Of a DNA stretch of 58,245 nt, positions 38,484 through 48,314 are shown piece after piece. Position 1 is the first letter of the stretch. Each line of letters begins with the position of its first letter. A program made the translations under genes and the position numbers. A model generated the notes under the pieces. The model had not been told where the DNA came from and ran no database searches. It saw nothing but the letters and a program-made list of their open reading frames with translations. This stretch comes from a virus (taxonomy: Duplodnaviria; Caudoviricetes): positions 1-58,245 of IMG/VR virus record IMGVR_UViG_3300022868_000022; one strand, 5' to 3'.

Positions 38484-39002
38484 ATGAAATTATTTAGATC
38501 GCTTGTAATTATAGTATCAATAGGCATCTTGTTTATTTTTTTAACATCTGTATATGGTGTAGTGAGATTATGTGATAGAGCTGATAGATTGGATTTAGTA
38601 AAACAGCAACAGATTACAATAGCTTCTAAAAATTTTATAATTAATTATAGACTTAATCAAATTAGGGCTTTAGAAAGAGAATTAAATAGAACTCAGGTGG
38701 TAACAATTTCATTTTACCACCCTGCCTCAGGCGGTATAAACAGTGATAGTGATCCAGATAATACTGCTTTTATGAGAAAGCCTGTACCCGGTAAAACAGT
38801 AGCAATATCACCTGAATTAACTAACATGGGTTGGGGTGATGCTAATGTCTATATTCCGGGTTATGGTGTATTTATTATGGAAGATAAAATGGATAAATCT
38901 GTTAAGGGACTACAGATTGATATTTGTGTAGCATCTAAAAAAATAGCAAATAAATTGGGTATCAAACGTAATATAACAGTAACAAGGCTTATACATGGAT
39001 AA
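38484..39002 (+). CDS. Membrane-anchored 3D-domain cell-wall hydrolase-like protein
   Basis: N-terminal TM; TVAISP, G..VYIPGYG....ED, IDI. Confidence 0.7.
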   Translation: MKLFRSLVIIVSIGILFIFLTSVYGVVRLCDRADRLDLVKQQQITIASKNFIINYRLNQIRALERELNRTQVVTISFYHPASGGINSDSDPDNTAFMRKPVPGKTVAISPELTNMGWGDANVYIPGYGVFIMEDKMDKSVKGLQIDICVASKKIANKLGIKRNITVTRLIHG

Positions 39003-39366
39003 ATATAAAAAAGTATCAAATAATTATTATGCTCATAAACAAAAAGATTATGGTAAAGAATATGAAAAAGTTGATGGCCATTTTGTAAAAAATAATTATG
39101 AATTAGATCTTTTTTCTTATGTTAATAATAATAAACAATATTACATATGTGAAGGAAGAACAGGTGCTTCTATATCAGGTACAGGTGAAGAAACAATTTA
39201 TGATGCTACAAATCGAATGATATATAATATGAGAGATGAAAGAAAAAATAGGATAGAAAATCAAATGAAAAAATATATAGAAAAATATGGTCTTACACCA
39301 AGATATTGTAAAGTCGGAAATTATTCTAAACCATTGATACCTAAAGAATTATTTATGATTGATTAA
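38995..39366 (+). CDS. Hypothetical protein with C-terminal LIPKELFMI motif
   Basis: ORF in operon. Confidence 0.6.
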   Translation: MDKYKKVSNNYYAHKQKDYGKEYEKVDGHFVKNNYELDLFSYVNNNKQYYICEGRTGASISGTGEETIYDATNRMIYNMRDERKNRIENQMKKYIEKYGLTPRYCKVGNYSKPLIPKELFMID

Positions 39367-39400
39367 CATTATATAATATATGTAGTATAAAGGATTTATT

Positions 39401-39550
39401 ATGAATTATGAAATTTTAGGAATGTGTATTTTTTTAGGATCATATCTTTTTGCATGGTATTATCATGAAGGATTAAAACGTACTATGCATCCAGCTATAT
39501 TATATTTTTGGGGTTGTATATCTGGATTTATTTACGGGATAAAAATATGA
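39401..39550 (+). CDS. Small membrane protein (49 aa)
   Basis: Manual translation MNYEILGMCIFLGSYLFAWYY...; ATGA overlap with gp46. Confidence 0.5.
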   Translation: MNYEILGMCIFLGSYLFAWYYHEGLKRTMHPAILYFWGCISGFIYGIKI

Positions 39551-41739
39551 AAATTGAATTTGAAAATGTTGAGTTTAAAAACTTTTTGTCTTATGGTAAA
39601 ATACCACAAAATATTGAATTTAGACCAGGTGTAAATCTTATTCTTGGTACTGATGAACTAAGAGGAAGATCAAATGCTAGCGGTAAAAGTTCATTTTTTG
39701 AAACAATACCCTTTGCCCTTTTTGGTAAAACCAATAGAGGTATTAACAAAAAACAGATTATAAATTGGAAAAATAAAAAAAATTGTGAAGTAGTGTTAAA
39801 TTTTAAAAAAGGATCTGATAATTACAGGATATTAAGAGCTTTAAAGCCTGATAAATTAGAGATATATAAAAACACGGTTTTAATTCCACCACCATCTGAT
39901 GTAAGAGTATATCAAAAAACCTTAGAGAATGAAATTCTTAACATGGATTTTAATTCATCTATGCCTCTATTATATGTCAATCTAAATGCATTTACACCTA
40001 TATTTAAGATGGATAAACCACAGAAAAGAAAATTCCTTGAGCGCGTCTTTAATCTTGGATTTTTTTCAAGTCTTAATGAAAAAAGTAATAGCAAACTGAA
40101 GAAAACAAATGATAACATATATAAGATAACTGTCAATAATGATAAAGATAAAAGTACTATAAAAGAGATTGAAAGTCAAAATTTATCATTAACATTAAAG
40201 TTGGATAATATTGTATCATCACAGAATGATATTGATGTATTACAAAATAGTTTAGATACAGATGATACAATAGATAGTGATATTGTAGACTTTAAAATAA
40301 AAAAGAATGAAATATTAGAGGATCTACAGGACATTAAAGAAGAATATAATACTCTATGCACTACATTATCTGTTAAAAATAATGAGCTTAAAAATATTAA
40401 AAAGTATATGGATGAATACAAAGTAGATGAAAATATTTTAAATCAATTGAATACAAAGCGTGATGAATTAAAGATTTTAGGGGCTACCAAAGATATTGAA
40501 GAACTTATAAAAATAAAAGAGAATGAAATCAATATCTTAGAAAATAGTATTAAAGATTTTAGGACCAAAAATGAAGATATGGTTATAACTATATCAAGTC
40601 TTATGACCACATTAAAATCTACTAAAGATAGATATAACAAACTTAAAGATAACAATAAATGTCCTTTATGTGGATGTCCTTTATTGCTATCAGGTAATGA
40701 TGTATTAAAAAATCTTGACAATGAATGTATATCATTATCTAAATCTATCTTAAAATTAAAAGATGATAAATTAATTTTAACTAATAAAATTAATAATTTA
40801 ATGAAGGATAAATTAATATTAACTGATAGCATAAAAGACCTTAATACTAAAATGTTTAAAATATCAAAAATGTTAGTTGATGTAACTAATCTTGAATCTA
40901 AAACTGGTGATATTACTAAGTATAATGATTTTAAAGATAAATATATTGCATTATTTGATATAACCAAAAATATTATTAAGCAAAAAATAGAGCATGATGT
41001 TGTTATTAAAAAGAAGAAGGTAGTTATAGATGATATAGATGAAAATATTATATTGTGCCAGCTTAAGATAGACAAACAACAAGAGATTAAAAATAAAATT
41101 GATATACTATATGAGAGAGTTAAACAAGAACAGGTTATACGAGATGAATTAACTTTACTTATTAATGATAATATTAATAAAATCAAAGAGTTAAAGAAAG
41201 GTTCTGTAATTTATACAAAGAAGATTGATAAGCTTAATGAGATTATTGATTATTTTGACTACATTAAAATTTTATGTAAAGACGAAAATGTTAAACAGCA
41301 TGCTATAAAGTCTAAGATACCGTATATTAATAAACAGATAAATCATTACTTAGCAGAGAGTGGCATGAATTTTTATGTTAAGATAAGCAATTGGCTTGAA
41401 GATGAGATATTAGGGCCTGGTATAACCAATTGTTCTTATGGTAATTTAAGTGGTGGTGAGAGTCGAAGTATTGACTTATCTTTACAATTTGCATTTTTAG
41501 ATATATCAAGACTTCAATTTGGTGTATATCCAGATATATTGTTACTTGATGAATTATTAGATTCATCTGTTGATACAAAAGGACTTGTGAGTATTTTAAA
41601 CATTGTTAAAACAAGGCAGCAAGAAGATAATAGTAAAGTGTTCTTAATAACACATAGACAAGAGATAGAAAATATAGATGTTGATAATATTTATTTGGTT
41701 ACAAAAAAAGATGGGTTTAGTAATATACAATTACAATAA
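39547..41739 (+). CDS. gp46: Recombination ATPase (gp46, Rad50/SbcC)
   Basis: FKNFLSYG, NASGKSS, CPLCG zinc hook, LSGGE, LLLDE, ITH. Confidence 0.95.
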   Translation: MKIEFENVEFKNFLSYGKIPQNIEFRPGVNLILGTDELRGRSNASGKSSFFETIPFALFGKTNRGINKKQIINWKNKKNCEVVLNFKKGSDNYRILRALKPDKLEIYKNTVLIPPPSDVRVYQKTLENEILNMDFNSSMPLLYVNLNAFTPIFKMDKPQKRKFLERVFNLGFFSSLNEKSNSKLKKTNDNIYKITVNNDKDKSTIKEIESQNLSLTLKLDNIVSSQNDIDVLQNSLDTDDTIDSDIVDFKIKKNEILEDLQDIKEEYNTLCTTLSVKNNELKNIKKYMDEYKVDENILNQLNTKRDELKILGATKDIEELIKIKENEINILENSIKDFRTKNEDMVITISSLMTTLKSTKDRYNKLKDNNKCPLCGCPLLLSGNDVLKNLDNECISLSKSILKLKDDKLILTNKINNLMKDKLILTDSIKDLNTKMFKISKMLVDVTNLESKTGDITKYNDFKDKYIALFDITKNIIKQKIEHDVVIKKKKVVIDDIDENIILCQLKIDKQQEIKNKIDILYERVKQEQVIRDELTLLINDNINKIKELKKGSVIYTKKIDKLNEIIDYFDYIKILCKDENVKQHAIKSKIPYINKQINHYLAESGMNFYVKISNWLEDEILGPGITNCSYGNLSGGESRSIDLSLQFAFLDISRLQFGVYPDILLLDELLDSSVDTKGLVSILNIVKTRQQEDNSKVFLITHRQEIENIDVDNIYLVTKKDGFSNIQLQ

Positions 41740-41750
41740 TAAGTGGTATT

Positions 41751-41975
41751 ATGAATAATGAAGAATTTAATAATATAAAAGAATTTAATAATATAAAAGA
41801 AGCTTTAATTGATTCTATTAAAGATATGGATAAATTAAAGCTGTTACCAGTTTTTTTACAAAAATATTATTTTGGACATAATATGCTTGAAAATACTTAT
41901 TTTCAAGCATTAATAGATCATTTTGCATATCATATTGTTATGTATCTAAAAGAAAGAGATTTAAAAAATGAATAA
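41751..41975 (+). CDS. Hypothetical protein
   Basis: ORF; 18-nt duplication EFNNIK x2. Confidence 0.55.
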   Translation: MNNEEFNNIKEFNNIKEALIDSIKDMDKLKLLPVFLQKYYFGHNMLENTYFQALIDHFAYHIVMYLKERDLKNE

Positions 41976-42187
41976 AGTATTCATTCGTCAATACAGTCTT
42001 GTAAAATTTAATATTGATGGTCTTGATCCATTGTGGCAAAATAAATATCCCTTTGAAAAGGATAGGATATATATTTTCTTCGGAGAAATACCAAACATGT
42101 TAGGTCATTGTATTGTAATGGATTACTGGTAAAATTCATTCAGGATACCATGTTGATAATTTTATGGAGGTAGATGATGTGGAGTAA
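41968..42187 (+). pseudogene. Frameshifted small phage protein
   Basis: ...FFGEIPNMLGHCIVMD then a frame change near 42124 to TGKIHSGYHVDNFME. Confidence 0.55.
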
Positions 42188-42460
42188 AAAGGATATAGAA
42201 TTAAATAAGGATTTTCATGTATGGTGGGATGATATGGGATATCATTATCAACCTCTAAATGAAGAAGAAGCTGATTGGCTGATTGTAGTGAAGTGGTGGG
42301 CATGGAAATCATATCAAAAAGGAAGAACTGAGAATAATTAGATTTATATTTTGTTTTATATTTACTTTATTAACATTAAATGTATTTAGTTTTGAAATAA
42401 AATATAATGATGGATTAATTATAAAATCAATAGGTTGGCCAGAAAAAATAAAAAATAGAT

Positions 42461-43042
42461 ATGGGAGAAAATAAATTGAAAAGAAAAAAATTGAAATATC
42501 TTGTTCAAAAAAGAATGGATAAAAAAACACCTGGTTCAAGTGATTTTATGAACACTCAAATTGAATCATTAATTGATGTTATAGCACCATTAATACAAGA
42601 TGAAGATGATAGAGCTAGATTGGGTATAAGTAAATCAAATACTAATGAAGTACCTGAAGATAAATTAAAACCTAAAACAGGGTATATATCCGATATATTA
42701 GATAAAATAGATTTAATAGATAAAATTAATAAAGAAGATATTTTTAATAATGATGTTGAAGGATATGATATACCTGATATAATAACACAAGATAGAAACC
42801 ATATTTATCGTATTATGAGTGAAATGTTAGATAATCCAGATAGTTGTGGGTTATATCAAACAACTAAAGCTTTTAATGAGTTAGAAAAATTAGTAAATGA
42901 TGCTAGGTTAGAAGCTGCAGGTTGGACTTGGGCCCTAGCTTGTACTCAATTGGATTCTAATATTGATCCAAGGGAATACAATCAAGTTAATATAATTGAA
43001 CAAATACAAAAAGATCTTAATCCACCATATAAAAAGAAATAA
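42461..43042 (+). CDS. Hypothetical protein
   Basis: 193-aa ORF. Confidence 0.6.
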   Translation: MGENKLKRKKLKYLVQKRMDKKTPGSSDFMNTQIESLIDVIAPLIQDEDDRARLGISKSNTNEVPEDKLKPKTGYISDILDKIDLIDKINKEDIFNNDVEGYDIPDIITQDRNHIYRIMSEMLDNPDSCGLYQTTKAFNELEKLVNDARLEAAGWTWALACTQLDSNIDPREYNQVNIIEQIQKDLNPPYKKK

Positions 43043-43053
43043 TAGGAGATAAC

Positions 43054-44163
43054 ATGTCATTAGAAGATATCTTAAAATCAATAAACAAAAATGTTAAAGG
43101 TGTTCATATGTCAACTTTAACTGATAGTGATGTATCAAAAACAGAAGGATGGATAAAAACACCATCATTAGATCTTAATAGAATATTATCAGGTAGTTTA
43201 CATAAAGGCATTTCAGATAAAAATCTTGTTGGTATAGTTGGTCCAGAACATACTATGAAAAGTAGTTTTATGATTTTATGTATGTCTGAAGCAATAAAGC
43301 AGGGATTTAAGCCTATAATAATTGATACTGAACGTGGTGTTAATGATGAATTTTGTAAACGATGGGGTCTTGATTTAGATAAAACAGGATATATTTATAC
43401 GCCCTGGGTAGATAAAGTGAAAAGTATTTTGGCTAGCATTAAAGAATCGGGTGAGGAAAAACTTATCATTGGTATAGATAGCATAGGTGGCCTGGACTCG
43501 TATAAGATGTATACAGACGCTCTTAAAGATGATCCTAAGTCTGACCAAGGCCAACTTCAAAAACGTATCAGATCCCTCTTAAAACTACTTCTTAATATAA
43601 CTATTGAGCAAAAATCAATAGCTATTGTAACAGGTCATATGTATAGCTCACCAGATATGTTTACACCAGATCAAATTGGTGGTGGTAAAGCTATGAAATT
43701 ATTTCCAAGTATTTTGATAAGCCTAAAGAAAAAACTTATCAAAGATGGTACTACTAAAGATAGCAATATTGTTGGTAATGAGATTACAGCAACTACTGTT
43801 AAAAATAGAACATATCCACCTTTCCAACAAGCTACTGTTGCTATAGATTATAAAAATGGTATTAATCCTTATGCCGGTTTATTAGACTTGATGGTAAAGG
43901 CTAATATAATTGAAAAATCTGGTGCATGGTATTCATATAAAGAGCAACGATTAGGACAGGGTGCTATAAAAGCATCAGAAGCATTAAAAGACTTTCCAGA
44001 ATGTATAGAAAGTCTTGAACAATGGTTAGAAGCTACTGGATATTCTAATATTAATGAAAATTTTAAAGAAGCTGAAGAATTAGTATTTAAACCAGAAATA
44101 GTTGAAGAAAATAAATCGACTGTTAAGAAAAATGGTAAAAAAATAAAAATTACTAAAAAATAA
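43054..44163 (+). CDS. uvsX: RecA-like recombinase UvsX
   Basis: LNRILSG, GPEHTMKS (UvsX-type Walker A), IDTE, IDSIG, GGGK, GAWY. Confidence 0.93.
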   Translation: MSLEDILKSINKNVKGVHMSTLTDSDVSKTEGWIKTPSLDLNRILSGSLHKGISDKNLVGIVGPEHTMKSSFMILCMSEAIKQGFKPIIIDTERGVNDEFCKRWGLDLDKTGYIYTPWVDKVKSILASIKESGEEKLIIGIDSIGGLDSYKMYTDALKDDPKSDQGQLQKRIRSLLKLLLNITIEQKSIAIVTGHMYSSPDMFTPDQIGGGKAMKLFPSILISLKKKLIKDGTTKDSNIVGNEITATTVKNRTYPPFQQATVAIDYKNGINPYAGLLDLMVKANIIEKSGAWYSYKEQRLGQGAIKASEALKDFPECIESLEQWLEATGYSNINENFKEAEELVFKPEIVEENKSTVKKNGKKIKITKK

Positions 44164-44186
44164 AACATATTATACTAAGGAGTATT

Positions 44187-44387
44187 ATGTTAGAAAGTAC
44201 TTTTTTGAATCTACCTGAGAGCCTTCCAGATAGAAAACAAATTGGTCAAATATATTTAGAAGGTGAACATATGATATCCCAAAAAACATCAAAGCATAAA
44301 GGTGATATAGTATCATATTATGAAATCATTACTGTATATAATCCTAAAAAATATGAATTTGTTCCAAAATATGAAAAACTAGAATAA
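44187..44387 (+). CDS. Hypothetical protein
   Basis: AGGAG RBS. Confidence 0.6.
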   Translation: MLESTFLNLPESLPDRKQIGQIYLEGEHMISQKTSKHKGDIVSYYEIITVYNPKKYEFVPKYEKLE

Positions 44388-44398
44388 GGGAGAGTAAA

Positions 44399-44737
44399 AT
44401 GGAAAAGAAAAAAATAAGTATATTTAGAGTAGAGTATGATAGAGTTGGTATGGAGCAGTCATGGACAGCTTTTATTGCTGCATATAGTGCTGATGAAGCT
44501 GTGGATTATATTCACGCTACAGTAGGCGGTAATTTAAGAATTAATACATGTGGTTTTACATGTAGATTAGATGCTATATCTAATAGTCTAAGGTCTGTTA
44601 TAGTTGGTTCTGCTGGATCTGTTGGTGTTAAACAAGTAAAAGGCAAACCTGATGAAAAAGTACCAGAAGCACCAACACCAAAGCAAAAATCAAAGACAAT
44701 CAAGAAAGTTAATATTGGTAATATTGGTAAAAAATGA
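44399..44737 (+). CDS. Hypothetical protein
   Basis: GGAG RBS. Confidence 0.6.
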   Translation: MEKKKISIFRVEYDRVGMEQSWTAFIAAYSADEAVDYIHATVGGNLRINTCGFTCRLDAISNSLRSVIVGSAGSVGVKQVKGKPDEKVPEAPTPKQKSKTIKKVNIGNIGKK

Positions 44738-45606
44738 TAATTGATACATTTAATATAGACAATTTACTTAAATCTTGGTTATCTAAAGACTTTACTGTTA
44801 TTAGCACAAAAGAGAGACAAAATATAGCTATTAACGCATCTGATACACAATTAGATGCGTTAATAATAGATTGGATTCCTAGTGAATGGCCTGGAAAAGA
44901 GAAACAATTAATAGACCAGACTAAACTTGTTGAAAAGTATATTAAAAAGAATAAAAAAGTTATAATTTTTGATAGATATCTTGGTATTACTGTTAATGAA
45001 TTTAAATGGTTTACAAAAAGGAATGTTGTATTATTTGAACCAGCTTTAAATTATAGATCCGGGTTTACATATATGCCATTTCCTGTTAAAATAAAAAATA
45101 TTAATGATGATTTTATAACCAAAGAAAAAAGAAAATATGATCTTATATATAAAGGAAATCTAACAGATAAGACTAAATGGTTTGAAAATTATTATATAGA
45201 GTTTAAGAAGAAATATCCTGAAAAAATAATATCATATGATGCTATAATTGATAGAGAATGTGGACAGAAATATAAAACATTTGATGTTATAGAAAATAAA
45301 ATATCTTATATAGATGCTAAATCTACTATTATTATAGGGTCTAAACAAGAGTATAATATAGGGTATTTAAATCAAGGGTTTGTAGAAGCATTAGCATTAG
45401 ATTGTTTACCTTTAATACCAGCAGAACATAGGTATTATAATGGTATGATTACTGTAAATAATATAAATGAAGCTGAACTTTATACTTCATTGTATGATGA
45501 ATTGGATATAGGATTATTGATAGATTGTCATGATCGTATTAAAAAATATTATCCTGAAATGATGATAGAGTATGCTGTTGATATGATTAAATTTTTTATA
45601 AAATAA
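44734..45606 (+). CDS. GT-B glycosyltransferase, T4 beta-glucosyltransferase-like C-domain
   Basis: YDLIYKG ... STIIIGSKQEYN.GYL...FVEALA.DCLPLI resembles BGT DVIYGG...ALIIGDKNYN..F.T.R.WETMASD. Confidence 0.5.
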   Translation: MIIDTFNIDNLLKSWLSKDFTVISTKERQNIAINASDTQLDALIIDWIPSEWPGKEKQLIDQTKLVEKYIKKNKKVIIFDRYLGITVNEFKWFTKRNVVLFEPALNYRSGFTYMPFPVKIKNINDDFITKEKRKYDLIYKGNLTDKTKWFENYYIEFKKKYPEKIISYDAIIDRECGQKYKTFDVIENKISYIDAKSTIIIGSKQEYNIGYLNQGFVEALALDCLPLIPAEHRYYNGMITVNNINEAELYTSLYDELDIGLLIDCHDRIKKYYPEMMIEYAVDMIKFFIK

Positions 45607-45700
45607 GGAGATGGGATATGTATCATATATGGAATAGATCCTATAGAATCTAGAATAGTTTTTAGTAGTAAATCAATTATCAAAAATAAGAGGGATAATA

Positions 45701-46012
45701 ATGAAAAATAATGTAAATGATAAAAAAATGGATATTTCGTTATCAAGAACATATACTATAAACACAGGAAATTATAGTAGTATTAAACCATCTGTTACAA
45801 TAACAAAGACTTCTATTGACAGAAAGGATTTTCAAGAAGAATATGAGGAATTGACTGAATTAATAGATTCTGTTATAGCATTAGAGACATTAAAAATATC
45901 TGATGAAATGTCCACAATTAATAACATAGGATATAAAGACTATACTGATATCATTAGAAAAGATGAAGATGATATAGGTATGTTTATTAAAAAATTCTCT
46001 GAAAAGGACTAA
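45701..46012 (+). CDS. Hypothetical protein
   Basis: SRTYTINTGNYSSIK. Confidence 0.6.
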   Translation: MKNNVNDKKMDISLSRTYTINTGNYSSIKPSVTITKTSIDRKDFQEEYEELTELIDSVIALETLKISDEMSTINNIGYKDYTDIIRKDEDDIGMFIKKFSEKD

Positions 46013-46013
46013 T

Positions 46014-46319
46014 ATGAAAAAAGTTACTAAAAAACAATACAATCAAACTGTTATGCCTCCAATATATGATATTATTGAAGGTAAATATAAAGTATTATAT
46101 ATAAATTATGGTAAGTTACGATTTACTGCATCTTATGTTGATAAAGCACCAAATGTCGGGTCTAGTATGATATGGGATAGTATACAATATAAAGTATCTT
46201 ATGTTAATGAAAAGGAAAAAAGATTTTCTGCTGTATTTGTACAGATAATAACAGAACCACAAGACGTGCCGTTACCAGAAGATACTATAAAAACAAAGAA
46301 TGTAGCAACTTTGATATAA
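46014..46319 (+). CDS. Hypothetical protein with an internal two-fold repeat
   Basis: YKVLYIN..K.RFTA / YKVSYVN..KRFSA. Confidence 0.6.
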   Translation: MKKVTKKQYNQTVMPPIYDIIEGKYKVLYINYGKLRFTASYVDKAPNVGSSMIWDSIQYKVSYVNEKEKRFSAVFVQIITEPQDVPLPEDTIKTKNVATLI

Positions 46320-46488
46320 GGATGTATTTATGATTAGTTTTATTTGTGATTTTCTTTTTGTATTTATTATAATAGTAGCATTAGAAAATCTTTAATAGTC
46401 AAATAATTTTAAAGGCTGTGGGATTAGAAAACCTTATGTCCCTGGATGATATCTTAAAGGGATAGCATAAAAGGCCCAACCACATATT

Positions 46489-47151
46489 ATGCTTAAAATA
46501 ATAAAAAATAATAAAAATGCTGATATATTAATTGTAACACCTTTATATACAGGTCATAAAATATCTAAAGAGACAAAAAAATCTCTTAAACATAATAATG
46601 CAAATTATATATGGATATCTTATGAAAGTACTATGAAGCATGCTGCAAATGTACAAGGTGCTTTAGATAGTTATGAAAAGGATCATATTTTACCACCATA
46701 TATTTTTGTACTTGATAGGGATATCATTCTTGGTAAAAATTGTATAGATAAGTTATATGATACTATGATAAAAGAAGCTGTTAAATCAGATAAAATTATA
46801 GCATTTGTATATACACCATTTGAATATAAAGGTCATATTAATATGAAGTTCCCACCAATAGAATATGATATTAACAGATTGGTTAGAGGAAATTATATAT
46901 CATCTAATAGCTTATATAATACAGAGTGTATTAAAAAAGTTGGTGGGTTTGTTATAGAGGAAAAATATCATCGCTTATCAGATTGGGCGATGTGGCTAAA
47001 AATGTTTAAGTATGGTTTTTATGGTAAGTTATGTAAGGATGGATATTTTACAGCAATAAGTACTAAAAATGATATATCTTGTGGAACAAATGAAGAATAT
47101 GTTATTACTCATAAACATGTAGTACAAGATTTTATTTATCCACTAAAATAA
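46489..47151 (+). CDS. Family 2 glycosyltransferase
   Basis: IVTPLY, VLDRDI (DxD), NYISSNSLY, VGGF, LSDWAMWL. Confidence 0.8.
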   Translation: MLKIIKNNKNADILIVTPLYTGHKISKETKKSLKHNNANYIWISYESTMKHAANVQGALDSYEKDHILPPYIFVLDRDIILGKNCIDKLYDTMIKEAVKSDKIIAFVYTPFEYKGHINMKFPPIEYDINRLVRGNYISSNSLYNTECIKKVGGFVIEEKYHRLSDWAMWLKMFKYGFYGKLCKDGYFTAISTKNDISCGTNEEYVITHKHVVQDFIYPLK

Positions 47152-47237
47152 TCTTAAAACAAATGGTACAATAAAATTTAAGTCTTCTTCTATCATCTAT
47201 ACCAATTAAATCCATTGTTTTACCACAACATTTAGGT

Positions 47238-47498
47238 TTAACTACGTCTTTTATTTTCATCACATGTCCAATCATTATTTCTTTTTTTATCTGTTTTTAT
47301 CATATTATCTAGTTGATACTGAGCATCTTTTTTAGTATTATAACAATATTGTTTATAACAACATTGTTTATAACAACATTGTTTATAACAACAATCTATC
47401 CATTTACTATATAATACAATACTAAATATTCTATACACAACTTTCATTTGAATCTTGAAATATCCATATTTGTTTTCACATATTCTATATTCAGACAT
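47238..47498 (-). CDS. Hypothetical protein with a 15-nt tandem repeat
   Basis: CCYKQ x3. Confidence 0.55.
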   Translation of the reverse strand: MSEYRICENKYGYFKIQMKVVYRIFSIVLYSKWIDCCYKQCCYKQCCYKQYCYNTKKDAQYQLDNMIKTDKKRNNDWTCDENKRRS

Positions 47499-47743
47499 TA
47501 TATTTTACCTTCCCAAGCACATCCTTTCCAACCACCCTTTCCCTTAGCGTTCATAGTACCTTCTTCAAGTCTTGACCAAATAGAGCCATTTGTTGGATAT
47601 GACATTCTAATGCATTCAAATCCAGTTGATGACATTGTTAAGAAAGCACAACATTTATCTCCTTGTCCTAAGCGACAAATACTTTTTGCTTTATTTACTG
47701 ATAACTTATATTCTGTTGCGTGATCATCTATAATTTTTTCCAT
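47498..47743 (-). CDS. Cys-rich hypothetical protein
   Basis: C.LGQG..CC.FL...GFEC; AGGA RBS. Confidence 0.65.
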   Translation of the reverse strand: MEKIIDDHATEYKLSVNKAKSICRLGQGDKCCAFLTMSSTGFECIRMSYPTNGSIWSRLEEGTMNAKGKGGWKGCAWEGKI

Positions 47744-47767
47744 ATTTTATCCTTTAAATATGATTGA

Positions 47768-47964
47768 TGGGGTTTTGGATAGCAAATAACAAGTCTCGGA
47801 TTAACCGTATCTATGTCGCCACTTCCGCCGCCTACTTGCCAATGACAAACCAGCAAATCATTTTCCTATTCTGTTTTGTCAATTCCGCCACTTCCGCCGC
47901 CTACTTGCCAATGACAAACCAGCAAATCATTTTCCTATTCTGTTTTGTCAATTCCGCCACCCCA
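47768..47964 (-). ncRNA. Candidate structured ncRNA containing a perfect 69-nt tandem duplication
   Basis: GC-richer intergenic island; repeats 47817-47885 and 47886-47954; closing stem UGGGGU/ACCCCA. Confidence 0.5.
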
Positions 47965-47977
47965 GTAATATTAAGTT

Positions 47978-48166
47978 TTATGATAATGAATCATCTACTA
48001 TATCATCAGGATCTATTCTTTTAGTTGACCATGCTTCACCATCAGTTGACCATACTTTACCAGTATTCCATACTTCATTATGTTCTTGTTTATATTCCTT
48101 ATTAGTTTTTGTTAATACAGGTTTATCTTCAATTTTTTTAACATTACCTAAAATATCTTCAAACAT
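47978..48166 (-). CDS. Hypothetical early protein
   Basis: AAGGAG RBS; WST repeats. Confidence 0.6.
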   Translation of the reverse strand: MFEDILGNVKKIEDKPVLTKTNKEYKQEHNEVWNTGKVWSTDGEAWSTKRIDPDDIVDDSLS

Positions 48167-48210
48167 TTTTACTCCTTAGTTAATATGTTTCTTTTCATTT
48201 TATCTTTTTC

Positions 48211-48239
48211 AATATAACATATAGCAATCAACTTGTCAA
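48211..48239 (-). promoter_or_regulatory. sigma70-type early promoter
   Basis: TTGACA-N17-TATATT with extended TG. Confidence 0.75.
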
Positions 48240-48314
48240 TAAATCTTTCATAATCATTACCTTTATATAATGTCTTAATTTGTTGTATAAAAGCATATAG
48301 TTTATTAAATTCCA

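Noticed and set aside
40443-41186. 247-aa - strand ORF and similar antisense ORFs (8109, 21833, 26090, 28646, 43869, 52823)
   Set aside because: I/L/S/F-rich shadows of well-supported genes on the opposite strand
47817-47960. CRISPR array
   Set aside because: Head-to-tail duplication with no unique spacers
47764-48024. 86-aa + strand ORF with a repeated peptide
   Set aside because: Antisense to the operon, TTG start without RBS; a by-product of the 69-nt duplication
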